A stretch of DNA of 64,000 nt from Octopus sinensis (GCF_006345805.1 NC_043006.1:54312001-54376000); one strand, 5' to 3'. Positions 12,818 through 25,757 are shown, counted from the first letter of the stretch. Notes: generated by a model not told the origin, from the sequence alone. Translations and numbers: made by a program.

Positions 12818-13116
12818 GAATTGGGTTAAATACTGATGAATTTGTGAATTTTATGTCCATTTTCCCTTTCTAACATGAGTTGGACAAATAGTTATAGAGG
12901 TATTATTTTAATTTTACAGCTAGATGCTTTTCCTGTCTCTAGTTCTTACTTTTTTGTTTTGTCTTCAAAAATGCAGATCTAACAGGTACTTAGTTAATAG
13001 GGAATGTGAATACAACATGATTGTTAAGGGCATCTGGCAGTAGAAAATCTGCTTTTATAAACCCTATCTAACTGATGCAAGCATAGAAAAGTGGGCATTA
13101 ATATAATGATATATCT

Positions 13117-13450
13117 GAAGGTGCATAGTGGTTAGAATATTGGGCTTACAATTTTGAGATTATTAGTTCAATTCCTGGACTGGGATGTGTGTTGTGTTCT
13201 TGTGCAAAACACTTTGTTCCACATTGCTCCAGTTCTCTCAGCTGTAGGAATGAGTTGTGATGTCACCGGTGCTAAGCTGTAATAGCTTTTGCCTTTCCCT
13301 TGGATAGCATTAGTGGCACAGAGAGGGGAGATTGATATGCATGGATGACTGCTAGTCTTCCACACAAACCACCTTGCCCAGACTTGTGCTTCAGAGGGGA
13401 ACTTTCCGAGTGCAATCTCATGGTCATTCATGACCAAAGGGGGTAGCTTT
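13117..13450 (+). mobile_element. tRNA-derived SINE (family D)
   Basis: AGTGGTTAG (A-box-like) and GTTCAATTCC (B-box-like); second copy at 35983-36320. Confidence 0.75.
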
Positions 13451-14044
13451 ACGTTTTTACACGCACGCACACACACACGCGCACACACACACACTCTGAT
13501 GATGGGTTTCTGTACAGTTCCCATCTACCAACTTTACTCAGAGAATCATAAGTTCAAATCTGCTGGAGGTACTCTCTAAGGTTCCTGGAATTAATGTTTT
13601 GTCCTATATTACTTTAGTTCATCTGGTAATGTTACTTGTACTATAATACACTTGTATCTCATCCATAGATAAATTTATCTCTTATCCACTTTATGTCTGT
13701 GAAAGCAGAGATAAGCAGAGGTACTCAAGGGCTTGTTTTGGCATAGACAGCATAGTACTAGTTTTGGGAAACCAACTGTATAGATCTCCTACAACATAGA
13801 TCTTACATAGATGTATGTTAATCATACACACAAGTTATGGCTTGTGGTAGAAGGCTATAAAACTTTTGTAGGATAGAGGTTTTGTCAAGTGAAAGATAAA
13901 GATTGGCAAGACTTGAAATCAGAATATAAAGAGATGTAAGTTAACACTACAAAGCATTCTACCATTGCTGCTATCTCATTGCCCTAGTAATACACCTGAT
14001 TTGTTTCTTTCAGAAGCATAAAGGTGTTTCTAGTTTCTTTATTA

Positions 14045-14680
14045 CATAGAATGGATCAATACTGCTGGAGTTTTGTGATGCAAATGATTTGATGAATGAT
14101 CTGCAACACTAACTTCAGGAAACCAGCCATCCACCTGATCACGTATCAGTTTGGTGGGCACATAAGCTAGATTGACTACATTATCACCAGAAAGAGGGAT
14201 AATTAGATTTTGTGAATATGAAGAACTTCTCTGGTGAAGAATGTACAATTCAACATAGGTTAGTAGTCAGTGACTTCAGAAGTAGGGATAGAAGAACTAA
14301 GAGACAGAGAAAAGGCTGATATGGAAACTTAAGTATCCTTCATGTAGTAAGAGATTTAGGGTTAGGGTTCAAATTGAAGCATTTGACATGAAGGAGAAGG
14401 AGAGATAGAGATGTATTACATAGAGGACAACTGAAAGTTCTTATAGAATAACCTACTGAGGGCAACAGACCAAATCTGTGGATGGGGCAAAATTCCATCC
14501 TGATGTAGTGATGGAATCGTGAGGTAGATAGAGCTATAAAAGCAAAAAGATAGACCTGGAAAGACTGGGAAAGTAGGTATCAGAGAATGATATCAGATAG
14601 CAGGAAGAAAAACTAGGCAACTGCGTTACATAGCAAAGGGAGAAGCAGAAAGTAGATTTGCCAATGTTCAGCAGCATGAG
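14045..14680 (+). mobile_element. Decayed RTE LINE fragment, end of AP-endonuclease domain
   Basis: Translates to FCDANDL..CNTNFRKPAIHLITYQFGG...IDYI...VVSDF with stops and frameshifts. Confidence 0.7.
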
Positions 14681-14979
14681 GTGCTGTGAACTGTAACTCA
14701 CTTGTTTCCATTCCTGGTCTAAAATCACTATACAATTAGCTTATTTCTTAATTCATTCCTGATATAATTCTTTATTGGGTGACTCATTAAGCTTATTGTT
14801 CTAACTTTGTGTAATCTTGAGCTTTTGGCTTCTTTGGCAATGAAACAAAAACATATTCTTTCATCTCACTTGATATGCGTCCGTTCTCATTATATAAGTC
14901 TCCTAAGTGGTATTTCATCTTCTCCACTTGTTTTTCCATCTTTGATTGACTTTATTATATTACCTATTATTATTATTAT

Positions 14980-15180
14980 TAAGGTAGTGAGTTGGTAGAA
15001 TCATTTGCTTAGTGGCATTTCATCTGTCTTTACTTCTGAGTTCAAATTCTGCCGAGGTCAACTTTACCTTTCATCCTTTCAGGGTCGATAAATTAAGAAC
15101 CAGTCAAGTACTGGGGTCGATGTAATCGACTATCCCACTCCCCACAAATTCCAGGCCTTGTTCCTATAGTAGAAAAGACT
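14980..15180 (+). mobile_element. SINE family B
   Basis: CCTTTCATCCTTTCAGGGTCGATAAATTAAG; tail CTATAGTAGAAAAGA. Confidence 0.75.
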
Positions 15181-15199
15181 ATTATTTTTATTATTATTT

Positions 15200-15849
15200 C
15201 TAGCATTATGACCCGTCTTTGCCGGGTTATAGTGCTAGTGCATGTATATATGTGTATATATATGTGTACATATTACATGTACATCTATATATATACATCT
15301 ACACATAAAATACAAAATACAAAGTTATATCTTGATATCGCTAGTGATAACAATACTGAAAATATATAACAGACTGGAATTGTAGTACTATTCCATTTCT
15401 GCACGCTAATTTTATTTTTAATTTATTCCCATTCATGTGAAACCACTTATTCAAGTTCAAATCCTTGATGCAATTTTATACCAATTGCTATTTTTACTTT
15501 TGTTATGTTACGATTATATTATACTTTAGTTTGATTTTAATTATTACTTACTACACATAATTCAATTGTTATTATTATTTTTATTGTTAAAGTGAAAGTA
15601 TCTGACATAAAATAGAGAAATGTTTTTGTTTCACTTTTAACACGTAATACTGAAATAGTGGAGAAGATATGATATTGCTATGGGCTCGCTCTAGGCAAGA
15701 AGTTGAACATTTTTTTTGCCCATGAAACTACATGGACCCTAAGTAAGGCATGTGTAAAATTTGAATGAAATTGGTTGTGTAGTTCTCAAGTTTTAGGGAA
15801 ACACACAGACAGACGGACAGACACACATTCTCAGTTTTATATATATAGA
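15200..15849 (-). mobile_element. Non-autonomous Helitron-like element
   Basis: Minus strand begins TCTATATATATAAAA and ends with hairpin ACCCGGCAAAGACGGGT followed by CTAG; no TIR or TSD. Confidence 0.7.
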
Positions 15850-15857
15850 TTATTATT

Positions 15858-16460
15858 AAGGTGGCGAACTAGCAGAATCGTTAGCACGTCAGGTGAAATG
15901 CTTTTGTCTGCTGCTATGTTCTGAGTTTAAATTCTGCCAAGGTCAACTTTGCCTTTCATCCTTTCAAGGTCGATAAAATAAGTACCAGTTGAACACTGGG
16001 GTTGATGTAATCAACTCATCCTCTCCCCCAAAATTGCTGCCCTTGTGGGAAAATTTGAAACCATTATCATCATCATCACCATCATCATCATCATTATTAT
16101 TATTAAGGCAGTGAGCTGGCAGAATCGTTAGTATACCAGGCAAAATGCATAGCGGTATTTTGTCTGCTACTACATTCTGAGTTCAGTTTCCGCCAAGGTC
16201 GGCTTTGCCTTTCATCCCTTTGGAGTTGATTAAATAAGTACCAGTTATGCACTGGGGTCAATGTAATTGACTTAATCCCTTCCCCCAAATTTGAGGCCTT
16301 GTACTTCCAGTAGAAAGGATTGTTGTTATCTGGGACCAAGATCAGCTTTGCTTTGCATCCTTTCAGGATCAATAAAATAAGTACCAGTTGAGCACTGGTA
16401 TTAATGTAATTGACTTTCCTCCTTCTCTAAAATTATTGGCCTTGCATCAAAATTAGAGAA
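15858..16460 (+). mobile_element. Tandem cluster of SINE family B copies
   Basis: AAGGTGGCGAACTAGCAGAATCGTTAGC heads and repeated Meta-like segments. Confidence 0.75.
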
Positions 16461-16689
16461 AAGTATCATTTGCTTTTTCTATTGTTTCACAGAATTGATG
16501 TTGTGTGTAGTTTAATTAAGCTTCTTTTCAAGCCACAACTCATGGTCAAGGATGATGTATATTTTGTACCTTCTGTTTCATTTTACTCTTCATGTCTGTT
16601 CAGACTTTGTATTGAGGAATTTCTGGATAATTCTTGTTCAAAGTAGTAGACATTTTCAGCATGGTACCTATTCCCACATTAAAATAAAG

Positions 16690-16952
16690 GACTGGCGTCC
16701 CTGTCGGTGACACTTAAAAAGCACCAACCGATTGTGGCCATATGCCAGCCTCCTTTGGCCCCTGTGCCGGTGGCACATAAAAAGCACCCACTACACTCAT
16801 GGAGTGGTTGGCGTTAGGAAGGGCATCCAGCTGTAGAAGCACTGCCAGATCAGACGAGCCTGGTGCAGCCCCTGGCTTCCCAGACTCCGATCAAACCATC
16901 CAATCCTTGCTAGCATAGAAAACGGACATTAAACGATGATGATGATGATGAT
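16690..16952 (+). mobile_element. Solo RTE 3'-tail element
   Basis: GGAGTGGTTGGCGTTAGGAAGGGCATCCAGCTGTAG...(GAT)n. Confidence 0.75.
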
Positions 16953-17545
16953 TTACTCTCATAGTTTTTTGTCACTATTTCCAAGACCCCAGTAACAGCC
17001 CATTGTACTATGACTTTATTAACTTCTGTGTTCCAGTACTTGGGGATTACCTACTTTAAGTCAATATGATACTCTACCTTTTCTTTTTATTTCTATTTTC
17101 TATTTATTCTGCCACATTGATTACAATACATAGTATCTTCTTGTCACTGACTACAATATCCAGTCTATTGTGTTTTATTGTTCTTTTGTTTATTCTTATG
17201 AAAGTTCCACAACAACCTCACTTCATTGTTTTCAAGTGCTTTTCCCAGAAAATGGCTAAATCTCTTTTTCATTTTTTGTAGTCATTCTAAGCTGTCAACA
17301 TTCCAATACAACATGAGCTATAGTCTCATTTGAATCATTCCATATTCTACTTTTGGGTAAACAGCTTTACTGATCTATCATCCTTTTGATCCATTTAGAG
17401 CCTGACCCCATCTTCCACCTTTTAATTTTTTTATCATAGCTAGTTTTCTTTATCTTCATCACTTTTGTCTTTTTTGAAAAATACTGAGTGTCGCTCCATT
17501 CCTCCAAAGTGCCTATAGTAAGTAGAAAGGATTATTATTATTATT

Positions 17546-17682
17546 GCCTTTGTACAGCTTCTAATGCTGGAGATGTACTATGGTGTCAGCTGTTCACTAC
17601 CAGTGAACTAAGGTAACACCTCTTATTATTCGAGCACCTTCCGGAGTATCCGAGTGGTTCCAAGCAGTGCTGTTTTCTACAG
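17546..17682 (-). mobile_element. 3' end of an R4/Dong-like non-LTR retrotransposon
   Basis: Minus strand encodes KTALLGTTRILRKVLE**, then a short UTR running into (TAA)n. Confidence 0.55.
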
Positions 17683-17701
17683 GCCCTATTTATTCTATGT
17701 A

Positions 17702-17740
<39 letters not shown>

Positions 17741-17790
17741 TATTTGTTAAGGAATTGTTATTAAAATGTCATTTTATATTTTTCTTTTAG

Positions 17791-18283
17791 ATAATAAAGA
17801 TAAGGAGTTACTTGCACACATTTCCACTGATTCTGGCTCCCCTAAATATATTCCAACTGAATGTTCTCCAATTCCAAAACGTCGCAAACTCAACGCAAAA
17901 CACGGCAATGAATCTAGCAGAGATGATATCACTGTCACTCATAAATCTGAGATAGACAGCACCACTCAGTTGGTTAAAACAGAGGGAAAGAATGTGGATG
18001 GAGATAGCAGTGATTCAGAAAGTAGCCACAGTGATAGGACAGAATTAAAGAGCAGCTGCACAGATAACACTGATGTGAATAATACAGTGAGTGACAGTCA
18101 TAAGGAATATTGTACCAGAGAAACAACTAATATTTCAGAGTGTGATATTACCAGTTTTCCACTCTGTGATATTAGACAGTGGGGCTATGAGGTAGACTCT
18201 GTTCAACTTCATGCTAGACTAAAACAATTAGATCCAACCAGTGCCCAGAAAATCCATCCAAATGATCGACGAAAATTAATCAG
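17791..18283 (+). CDS. TRIT1: tRNA dimethylallyltransferase exon, 493 nt
   Basis: TTTTTCTTTTAG acceptor and AG|GTTGGT donor; ends LHARLKQLDPTSAQKIHPNDRRKLIR, the IPP-transferase L...DP..A..IHPND.R...R motif. Confidence 0.93.
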
Positions 18284-18750
18284 GTTGGTTTGCTCAAATT
18301 AAATGTTAATAGTTCATTGTTCTTTTTTTTTTTTTATTCATATGTAAATTTTCTTTTTTCATCTTTTGACATTTATATTCTTATACCCTTTTAATCTCTT
18401 TACTGGTTTCAGTCATTGGACTGTGACCATGTTGGGGCACTGCCTTGGTGAGTTTAGTCGATCAAAATCGATCCTGATAGTTATTTTTAAGTTTGGTACT
18501 TATTTATTGGTTTCTAGCTTACCAGGACATAAACAAAACAATACCGATTGTCAAAGACCACGACAAATATGAACTCAAACAAATACACATACATACTCAT
18601 GCACACGCGTGCACACACACACTATGTACATAGGCCCTGAATACAGAAGACTACCAAAGGCAAGAAAGAAATGAGGCAAGTATGTGCTCATGGATGTGAA
18701 ATGTTAGTACACATGAATGTCATGATGATGATCATCATTATTTTAATACT

Positions 18751-19470
18751 CTTTTATACTCTTTTACTCTTTTCAGTTATTTTGACTGCGGCCATGCTGG
18801 AGCACCGCCTTTAGTCGAGCAAATTGACCCCAGAGCTTATTCTTTGTAAGCCTAGTACATATTCTGTTGGTCTCTTTTGCCAAAGTGCTAGGTTACGTAA
18901 ACACACCAGCATTGGTTGTCAAGCAATGTTGGGTGTTGGGGGGACAAACACAGACAGACAAACATATACAAACACATATATATACATATACGACGGGCTT
19001 CTTCCAGCTTCAGTCTACCAAATCCACTCACAAGGTTTTGGTCAGCCCAAGCCTAAAGTAGCAGACACTTTTATACTCTTTTACTCTTTTCAGTTATTTT
19101 GACTGCGGCCATGCTGGAGCACCGCCTTTAGTCAAGCAAATTGACCCCAGAGCTTATTCTTTGTAAGCCTAGTACATATTCTGTTGGTCTCTTTTGCCAA
19201 AGTGCTAGGTTACGTAAACACACCAGCATTGGTTGTCAAGCAATGTTGGGTGTTGGGGGGACAAACACAGACAGACAAACATATACAAACACATATATAT
19301 ACATATACGACGGGCTTCTTCCAGCTTCAGTCTACCAAATCCACTCACAAGGTTTTGGTCGGCCCGAGCCTAAAGTAGCAGACACTTGCCCAAGGTGCCA
19401 CGCAGTAGGACTTAATCCGGGACCATGTGGTTGGTAAGCAAGGTACTTACCACACAGCCACTCCTGCGCC
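18751..19470 (-). mobile_element. SINE family A with 317-bp tandem duplication
   Basis: 18751-19067 is repeated from 19068; twin ORFs start at 18824 and 19141. Confidence 0.9.
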
Positions 19471-19759
19471 TATATGTCCACTTTTCCATGCTCACATGGG
19501 TCAGACAGAATTTGATGAGGTGGACTTTCTATGGTTGGATGTGCTTCCTTTCACCAATACTCACCTGTTTCCAACTTAAGTAATATTTCCCCATGTCTAG
19601 GAAATTGGAGACTGAAGGACACCACTTGCTTGCTAGTGACATTCTATCACATAACATCAAGGCAATGAAACAGTAATACACATGCATGCACATGAACAGA
19701 CTCACATGCACATGCACACACACACACACACACACACCCAGGGAATAATGGGAATCAGG

Positions 19760-20200
19760 TGTTCTGTATAAGAGAGAAAGCTGCACTGGTATGAGAATGT
19801 GATATACATGGAAGATGATTGCTGTATTAAGCATGCAAACATGCATATGCAAATGTTGGTAGACTACATTGAACCTGCATAAAGCAACTGTGTGAGGACT
19901 CTGAGTGCACCTGAGAAGACCTACCACATGCAATGGCAGAGTTAACAGACTGGATGGAGCAAGTCATGGTGATCTGTGCAATAAGCACAACTGGACGGCG
20001 GCAGCGGCAGCTGCGATGCATAAGGTTGTTGAGCAATCAAAGTGAACCTGTGGAAAAAGGAGACCAAAGAAAACTTGGCATGAAATACCGAAGACTCACC
20101 TGAAGATGTTATGCCTCACAAAGGAGAAGGTAAAGGATCATACTCTTTGGCAATATGCAGTGCTACAGAAGACATGACCACTGATAGCAACATGTACCCT
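19760..20200 (+). mobile_element. Decayed RTE LINE 3' fragment
   Basis: Weak similarity to the ORF ends at 32560-32960 and 56880-57290. Confidence 0.4.
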
Positions 20201-20229
20201 AATACAAGGGTTAAGCGGCTACAATATTA

Positions 20230-21250
20230 TGTACCCTACCAAACCTACATCTATTGCACCCTCACCTTACATCCTTAATCCTACTTCCCAATCACCAATT
20301 GCTTACTCCTTTTCTCCTTTCACCCATCTCCTTATTACTCATAGACCCTTATTTCTCATCTTGCCAACACCTGATTGCACCATCTTCATCACTATCCAAC
20401 CTTCCTTCCTCTTTCACTACACCTTTGTATAGGACCATCATCATGCCCCTACTCAATACATTCTAACTTCATCCTACTATGCTGCCAGTCATCACTCTCT
20501 CTCTCTCCTCCAGACTACTTCTGTTGCTACCCATCACTTACTCTCAACTTTATCTCACCATCCACCTCTATCTTTATCTACCCCTGTCATTGCCAATCAT
20601 CCTACCTTCACTTTATTCCTAATAGCCTTACCTTTTCCCATCATACTGTTGCTCTTTTCATCCCCAGCTCCATCCTTACCTTTAGCACCTCTGTTATTGC
20701 AAATCACTCACCTCCAATACCACTCCCAGATATTCCTACCATCTTCCCATCATATTCTTATTTCGTTATTGCCCACATGGGGCTAAACATAGAGGGGACA
20801 AACAAAGACAGACAAAGGGATTGTCGATTACATTGACCCCAGTGCGTAACTGGTACTTAATTTATTGACCCCCAAAAGGATGAAAGGTAAAGTCGATCTT
20901 GGTGAAATTTGAACTCAGAACATAATGGCAGACGAATACCGCTAAGCATTTTGCCCAGCATGCTAACATATCTGTCAGCTTGCTACCTTGTATCTTCCCA
21001 TCATATTCTTGCTCCTCCTTCTTTTCACCCATTCCTGTTCTTCTGATATCGTTACTCCCTCTCCTTCCCTTCTCTCCCTTCCATCTCCCGTCCCCTCCTC
21101 CTCTCATTCTTCTCCTAGATCACCAGAGTAAATGTATGCATCCTAAATTATTGACCACTCTCTACACCCAAACTTACATCTCTATCTCCACCTCTCAGAT
21201 ACTCCTTTCTGACTATAATTTTATCACTCCCTCTTCTTTCCGACCTTGAT
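20230..21250. repeat. Pyrimidine-rich low-complexity tract with a family B SINE (-) at ~20760-20990
   Basis: Strong C/T skew on the + strand. Confidence 0.7.
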
Positions 21251-21841
21251 CTACACACTAAGTTATATATAAATTATCAACTACTCTTTCTGTATTTACA
21301 CTTACCCACAGTGGCCGAGGAGAAAAAGTGTAAGGTTGTAAGGTCCCTTTAGTCCTGTCTCACTGAAGTCTACTCAAACTTTCTAAGTTGATATAATGAG
21401 AAAATGCACCCACTACACTTTGTAAAGTGGTTGGCAGTAGGAAGGGCATCACGCCATAAAAACCAAGCCAAATGACGTGTGCAAGTACGTGTCTCTGGAA
21501 GCATTGGTTCCTAATGGGAGATGACTCAAATCATGACAACCTGTCCAATTCATGCCAGCACAGCAAGTGAAAATAAGATAACACTGCCCCTCATTTAACA
21601 TCACCTTTCCATATTTGTATGACCTTTGTATGAAGAATTAGCTAAAGAAGGAGCTGAGACGCTTCTTGTAGACATCTTTTTATCTGTCCTTCAAGTTATA
21701 GATTTCTTTATACCATAGGTCAGATATGACTTTTTGTTGACAAGGAATGAGCACTACTTTGCTCAAGCAGTAACAAAGATAGAATATAAGCATACATGCA
21801 AATTTGTGTATGCATGCACATGCAAACACACACAAACACAT

Positions 21842-22092
21842 GGGTCACTCCGAAAAGCTCTATCTGCGACGATTTCATCTCAGTTGAAGGAGAGGGGCTT
21901 TCTCCGTCCAGGTTGCAGATCCGTGGAATAAGCTGCTTGATGAGATAGTGAAGATGCCGACGACCGCTCGGTTCAAAGTCTCTCTTGACCAGAAATGGCC
22001 TGAACTCTTTGCATGAACACCCTCCCTGTACATAACTCCATGTCCCCCTACATGGCCTTGCTTTTTGCTTTTTGAGCCAAAAAATTAACTTA
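21842..22092 (-). mobile_element. CR1/L2-group LINE 3' end
   Basis: Matches 62600-62885. Confidence 0.75.
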
Positions 22093-22689
22093 ACACACAT
22101 GTGCACACACACACACACACATGATGGGCTTCTTGCAGTTTCCCTGCTAAATTCCCTTGCAGGGCAATAGTTGCCCTGGAACTGAAGTAGAAGACACTTG
22201 TCCAAGGTGCCATGCTGTGGGGTTGAACCAGAATCCCTGTGGCTTTGAAGTGAACTTGTTGACCATACAGCCATACCTATTCCTGTATATTTAGAAATTT
22301 CAAAGAAATATTATATAATAATGGTTGCTCTCTGCTAAATGTACTAAAAATTTAGTTAATGAGGCATGAAAAAAGCATCAATTCCCTCATCATATCTGTA
22401 AACTTTAGCGGTGGCAAACGATGCCAGTATTCAGATGACTTACTCATTTTACACAAACCATTCCAGAGTTAGCTAAGTGCTATTAGAATTGAAAGCATGA
22501 AACTGTTTCATACAAAAACATTACGGACAACCAATGAGGAAACAGGATTTTAATGTTAAAAGCATCCAGATGTGGATAGATCTGTATGCTAATATAAAAG
22601 AAAAACATCTCACATCATGTTCATACAAGCAGGGAAAAGAAAAGAACCTTACTCGGCTTTGTCCCATAAACTATTTTTAGTTTTAGAAA

Positions 22690-22917
22690 TAATAATAACA
22701 ATCCTTTCTGCTAAGGGTATAAGGCATGAAATTTGGAGGAGAGGGATAGTCAATTACATTGACCCCAGTGTGTTCACTGGTACTTAATTTATTGACCCTG
22801 AAAGGATGAAAGGCAAAGTTGACCTCAGCAGAATTTGAACTCAGAATGTGAAGACAGACGAAATGCTGCTAAGCATTTTTTTGCCTGGCATGCTAACAAT
22901 TCTGCCAGCTCACTGCT

Positions 22918-22956
<39 letters not shown>

Positions 22957-24460
22957 GTAATAGTGATAATGATTTCAAATTTTTGCCACAAGGGCAGCAA
23001 TTTTGGGGCAAGAGAAAGTAAACTACATTGACCCTACTACTTGACTGGTATTTATTTTATTGACCCTGAAAGGATGAAAGGCAAAGTCAGCCCCAATAGA
23101 ATAGCAACTCAGAATGTAAAGATGGACGAAATGCCACTAAGCATTTTGCCCAGCATGCTAATGATTCTGCCAGCTCACTGCCTTAATAATAATAATAATA
23201 ATAATAATAATAGTAATAGTGATAATGATTTCAAATTTTTGCCACAAGGGCAGCAATTTTGGGGCAAGAGAAAGTAAACTACATTGACCCTACTACTTGA
23301 CTGGTATTTATTTTATTGACCCTGAAAGGATGAAAGGCAAAGTCAGCCCCAATAGAATAGCAACTCAGAATGTAAAGATGGACGAAATGCCACTAAGCAT
23401 TTTGCCCAGCATGCTAATGATTCTGCCAGCTCACTGCCTTAATAATAATAATAATAATAAAATAATAATAATAATATAATAATGATAATAATAATAATGA
23501 TAATCCTTCCTACAATAGGCACAAGGCCTAGATCTTTTTGGGGAGGGGGACAACCAATCACATCAACCCCAGTATATGACTGGTACTTAATTTATCAACT
23601 CCAAAAGGAGGAAAGGCAAAGTCGACCTCAGCAGAATTTGAACTCAGAACATAATGACAGAGGAAATACAGCTAAGCATTTCACCCCACCCTAACCCCAC
23701 CAGTTTCAGGTCTTGTGCCTGAAATTTGGTGGGAAAGGGCTAGTAGATTACTTCGACCCTAGTGCTCAACTGATAGTTGCTTCAATGATCCTGAAAGTTT
23801 GGAAGGCAAAGTCAACCATGACAGAATTTGAAATCAGAACATAAAGAGGGAAGAAAAGCCATTAAGCATTTTGTGGAAGGTGCTAACAACCTTGCCACCT
23901 TGCAGCCTTTATAATAATAATAATAATAATAATAACAACAACAGCAACAATGAATGAGGATAATATTAATAATACTATTAGTTTCTGGTTTAGACACAAG
24001 GCTAATAATTTTCAGGGAGAAAAGAGTAGTTGATAAGGCATGAAATTTGGGGGAAGGGGATAGTCAATTACATTGACCCCAGTGTGTTCACTAGTACTTA
24101 ATTTATTGACCCTGAAAGCATGAAAGGCAAAGTTGACCTCAGCAGAATTTGAACTCAGAATGTGAAGACAGGGATGAAAGGCAAAGCATATTTAAACCCA
24201 GAATATATATATTTCTTTATTGCCCACAGGGGGCTAAACACAGAGGGGACAAACAAGGACAGACAAAAGGCTTAAATCGGTTATATCGACCCCAGTGCGT
24301 AACTGGTACTTAATTTATCGACCCAGAAAGGATGAAAAGCAAGGTCGACTTCGGCGGAATTTGAACTCAGAACGTAACAGCAGCCGAAATACCACTTAGT
24401 ATTTCACCCGACATGCTAACGATTCTGCCAGCTCACCGCCCTTTAAACCCAGAATATATA
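22690..24460 (-). mobile_element. Dense array of family B SINEs in (AAT)n, including a 256-bp tandem duplication and a TSD-flanked copy
   Basis: Twin ORFs at 23041 and 23297; TTTAAACCCAGAATATATA at 24191-24209 and 24442-24460. Confidence 0.85.
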
Positions 24461-25429
24461 AAAAAGAGCTGGAAGGAATACTGAAACTCCTGCCCTTTGC
24501 ATTTTCCATTGTAATACTACAGTTTCTGTTCCTTTTGTACAGAATATGCTAGAACAGGGATATTGAGACTTTGAACTATTACAGAAGAGGGGTTCTTTTT
24601 TTAATGCTGAAAAAATGTCACCTAACCAAAAGAAGAAAAATATAAGCCTCTGAATCTGTATTCCCAAGAGTAAACCACATGAAATAAATAACCTGCTTTA
24701 GATAACACTAATTCCACTGATTTACCATAAGCTGAATCTGTATCAATTCCAAAGCTATCAGCAGAATCTTTATGTGGTGTGGTCGATGGGTAGGTGAGTG
24801 GTAAAAGATCATCTGGAAAATTAGTTTAAGATCATTTCAAGTTTTGGCTTGGTTTTTGTGTGGAACAGAGCGATTGTTGATTCTAAACATAGAGCCGCGA
24901 GAAAGGAAAGAGTGTGAAGAGATGGGTTGTTTATTGACAGACTTCATTATATAATCTTTATCTGGCTTCTTATCTTCAATAGTTGACATACATCAAGGAA
25001 GCATAGGCGAAGACCATTTCCTGGCCTATATTTAGAAATGTTAGCTCTCTTCAGTATTAACCAGCTTTTCATATATTAAAAGCTTAAGATGCTCTTTACA
25101 TACATACATACATACACAGTTTTGTATTAATGGTAACAAACAGATAGTGTAATATTCTAATATGTGCATACATGCACACACATACACACAAATAATTAAT
25201 ATGCAGTAGTTAAGCTTGTATGTAACAGGTATTTTACATAAATTTTTGTTTATTTTAACTTCAGTTTCTGTCTACCCGATTCATTCACAAGGTTTTTGTC
25301 AAGTCCAGGGCTGGAGTAAAAGACACTTGTCAAACTGCTGCAGCATAGGACTTGAACCCCTAACCATAAGCTTCTTAACCACACAGCCATACCAGTTCCT
25401 ATTATATCGTGTGTATGTGTGTGTGTGTC

Positions 25430-25757
25430 TTTTAGGATCTCGGGCATCCTCCATCCGATTGCGCTGAAATTTGATTTGTAGATACTGATGGTATCAGGGC
25501 ATGTATAAGTCTTGAAAAAATTACAAAAATCGATTCCAGGTGAGAATGCGATTGATAAAGTGAATGAAATTGTTTTTCTTTGGAATAGAAAAAAAGTCTA
25601 TCTTTATTTCTTCTTTTGCTGGTGTCTCAAACTTAGGTTAAATCAGTGTTTCTCAAAGGGGAGGCCTATGGGACGGTCAGACAAGTTGTTTTGAGAAAAT
25701 TTGGTTTAAATGTTTGACAACTCAGCACCGTCCATTGGACGGGGTCGTTTTGCTCAT
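25430..25757 (+). mobile_element. Possible Helitron-like non-autonomous element, partial
   Basis: Subterminal hairpin CCGTCCATTGGACGG; terminal CTAG not intact. Confidence 0.35.
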
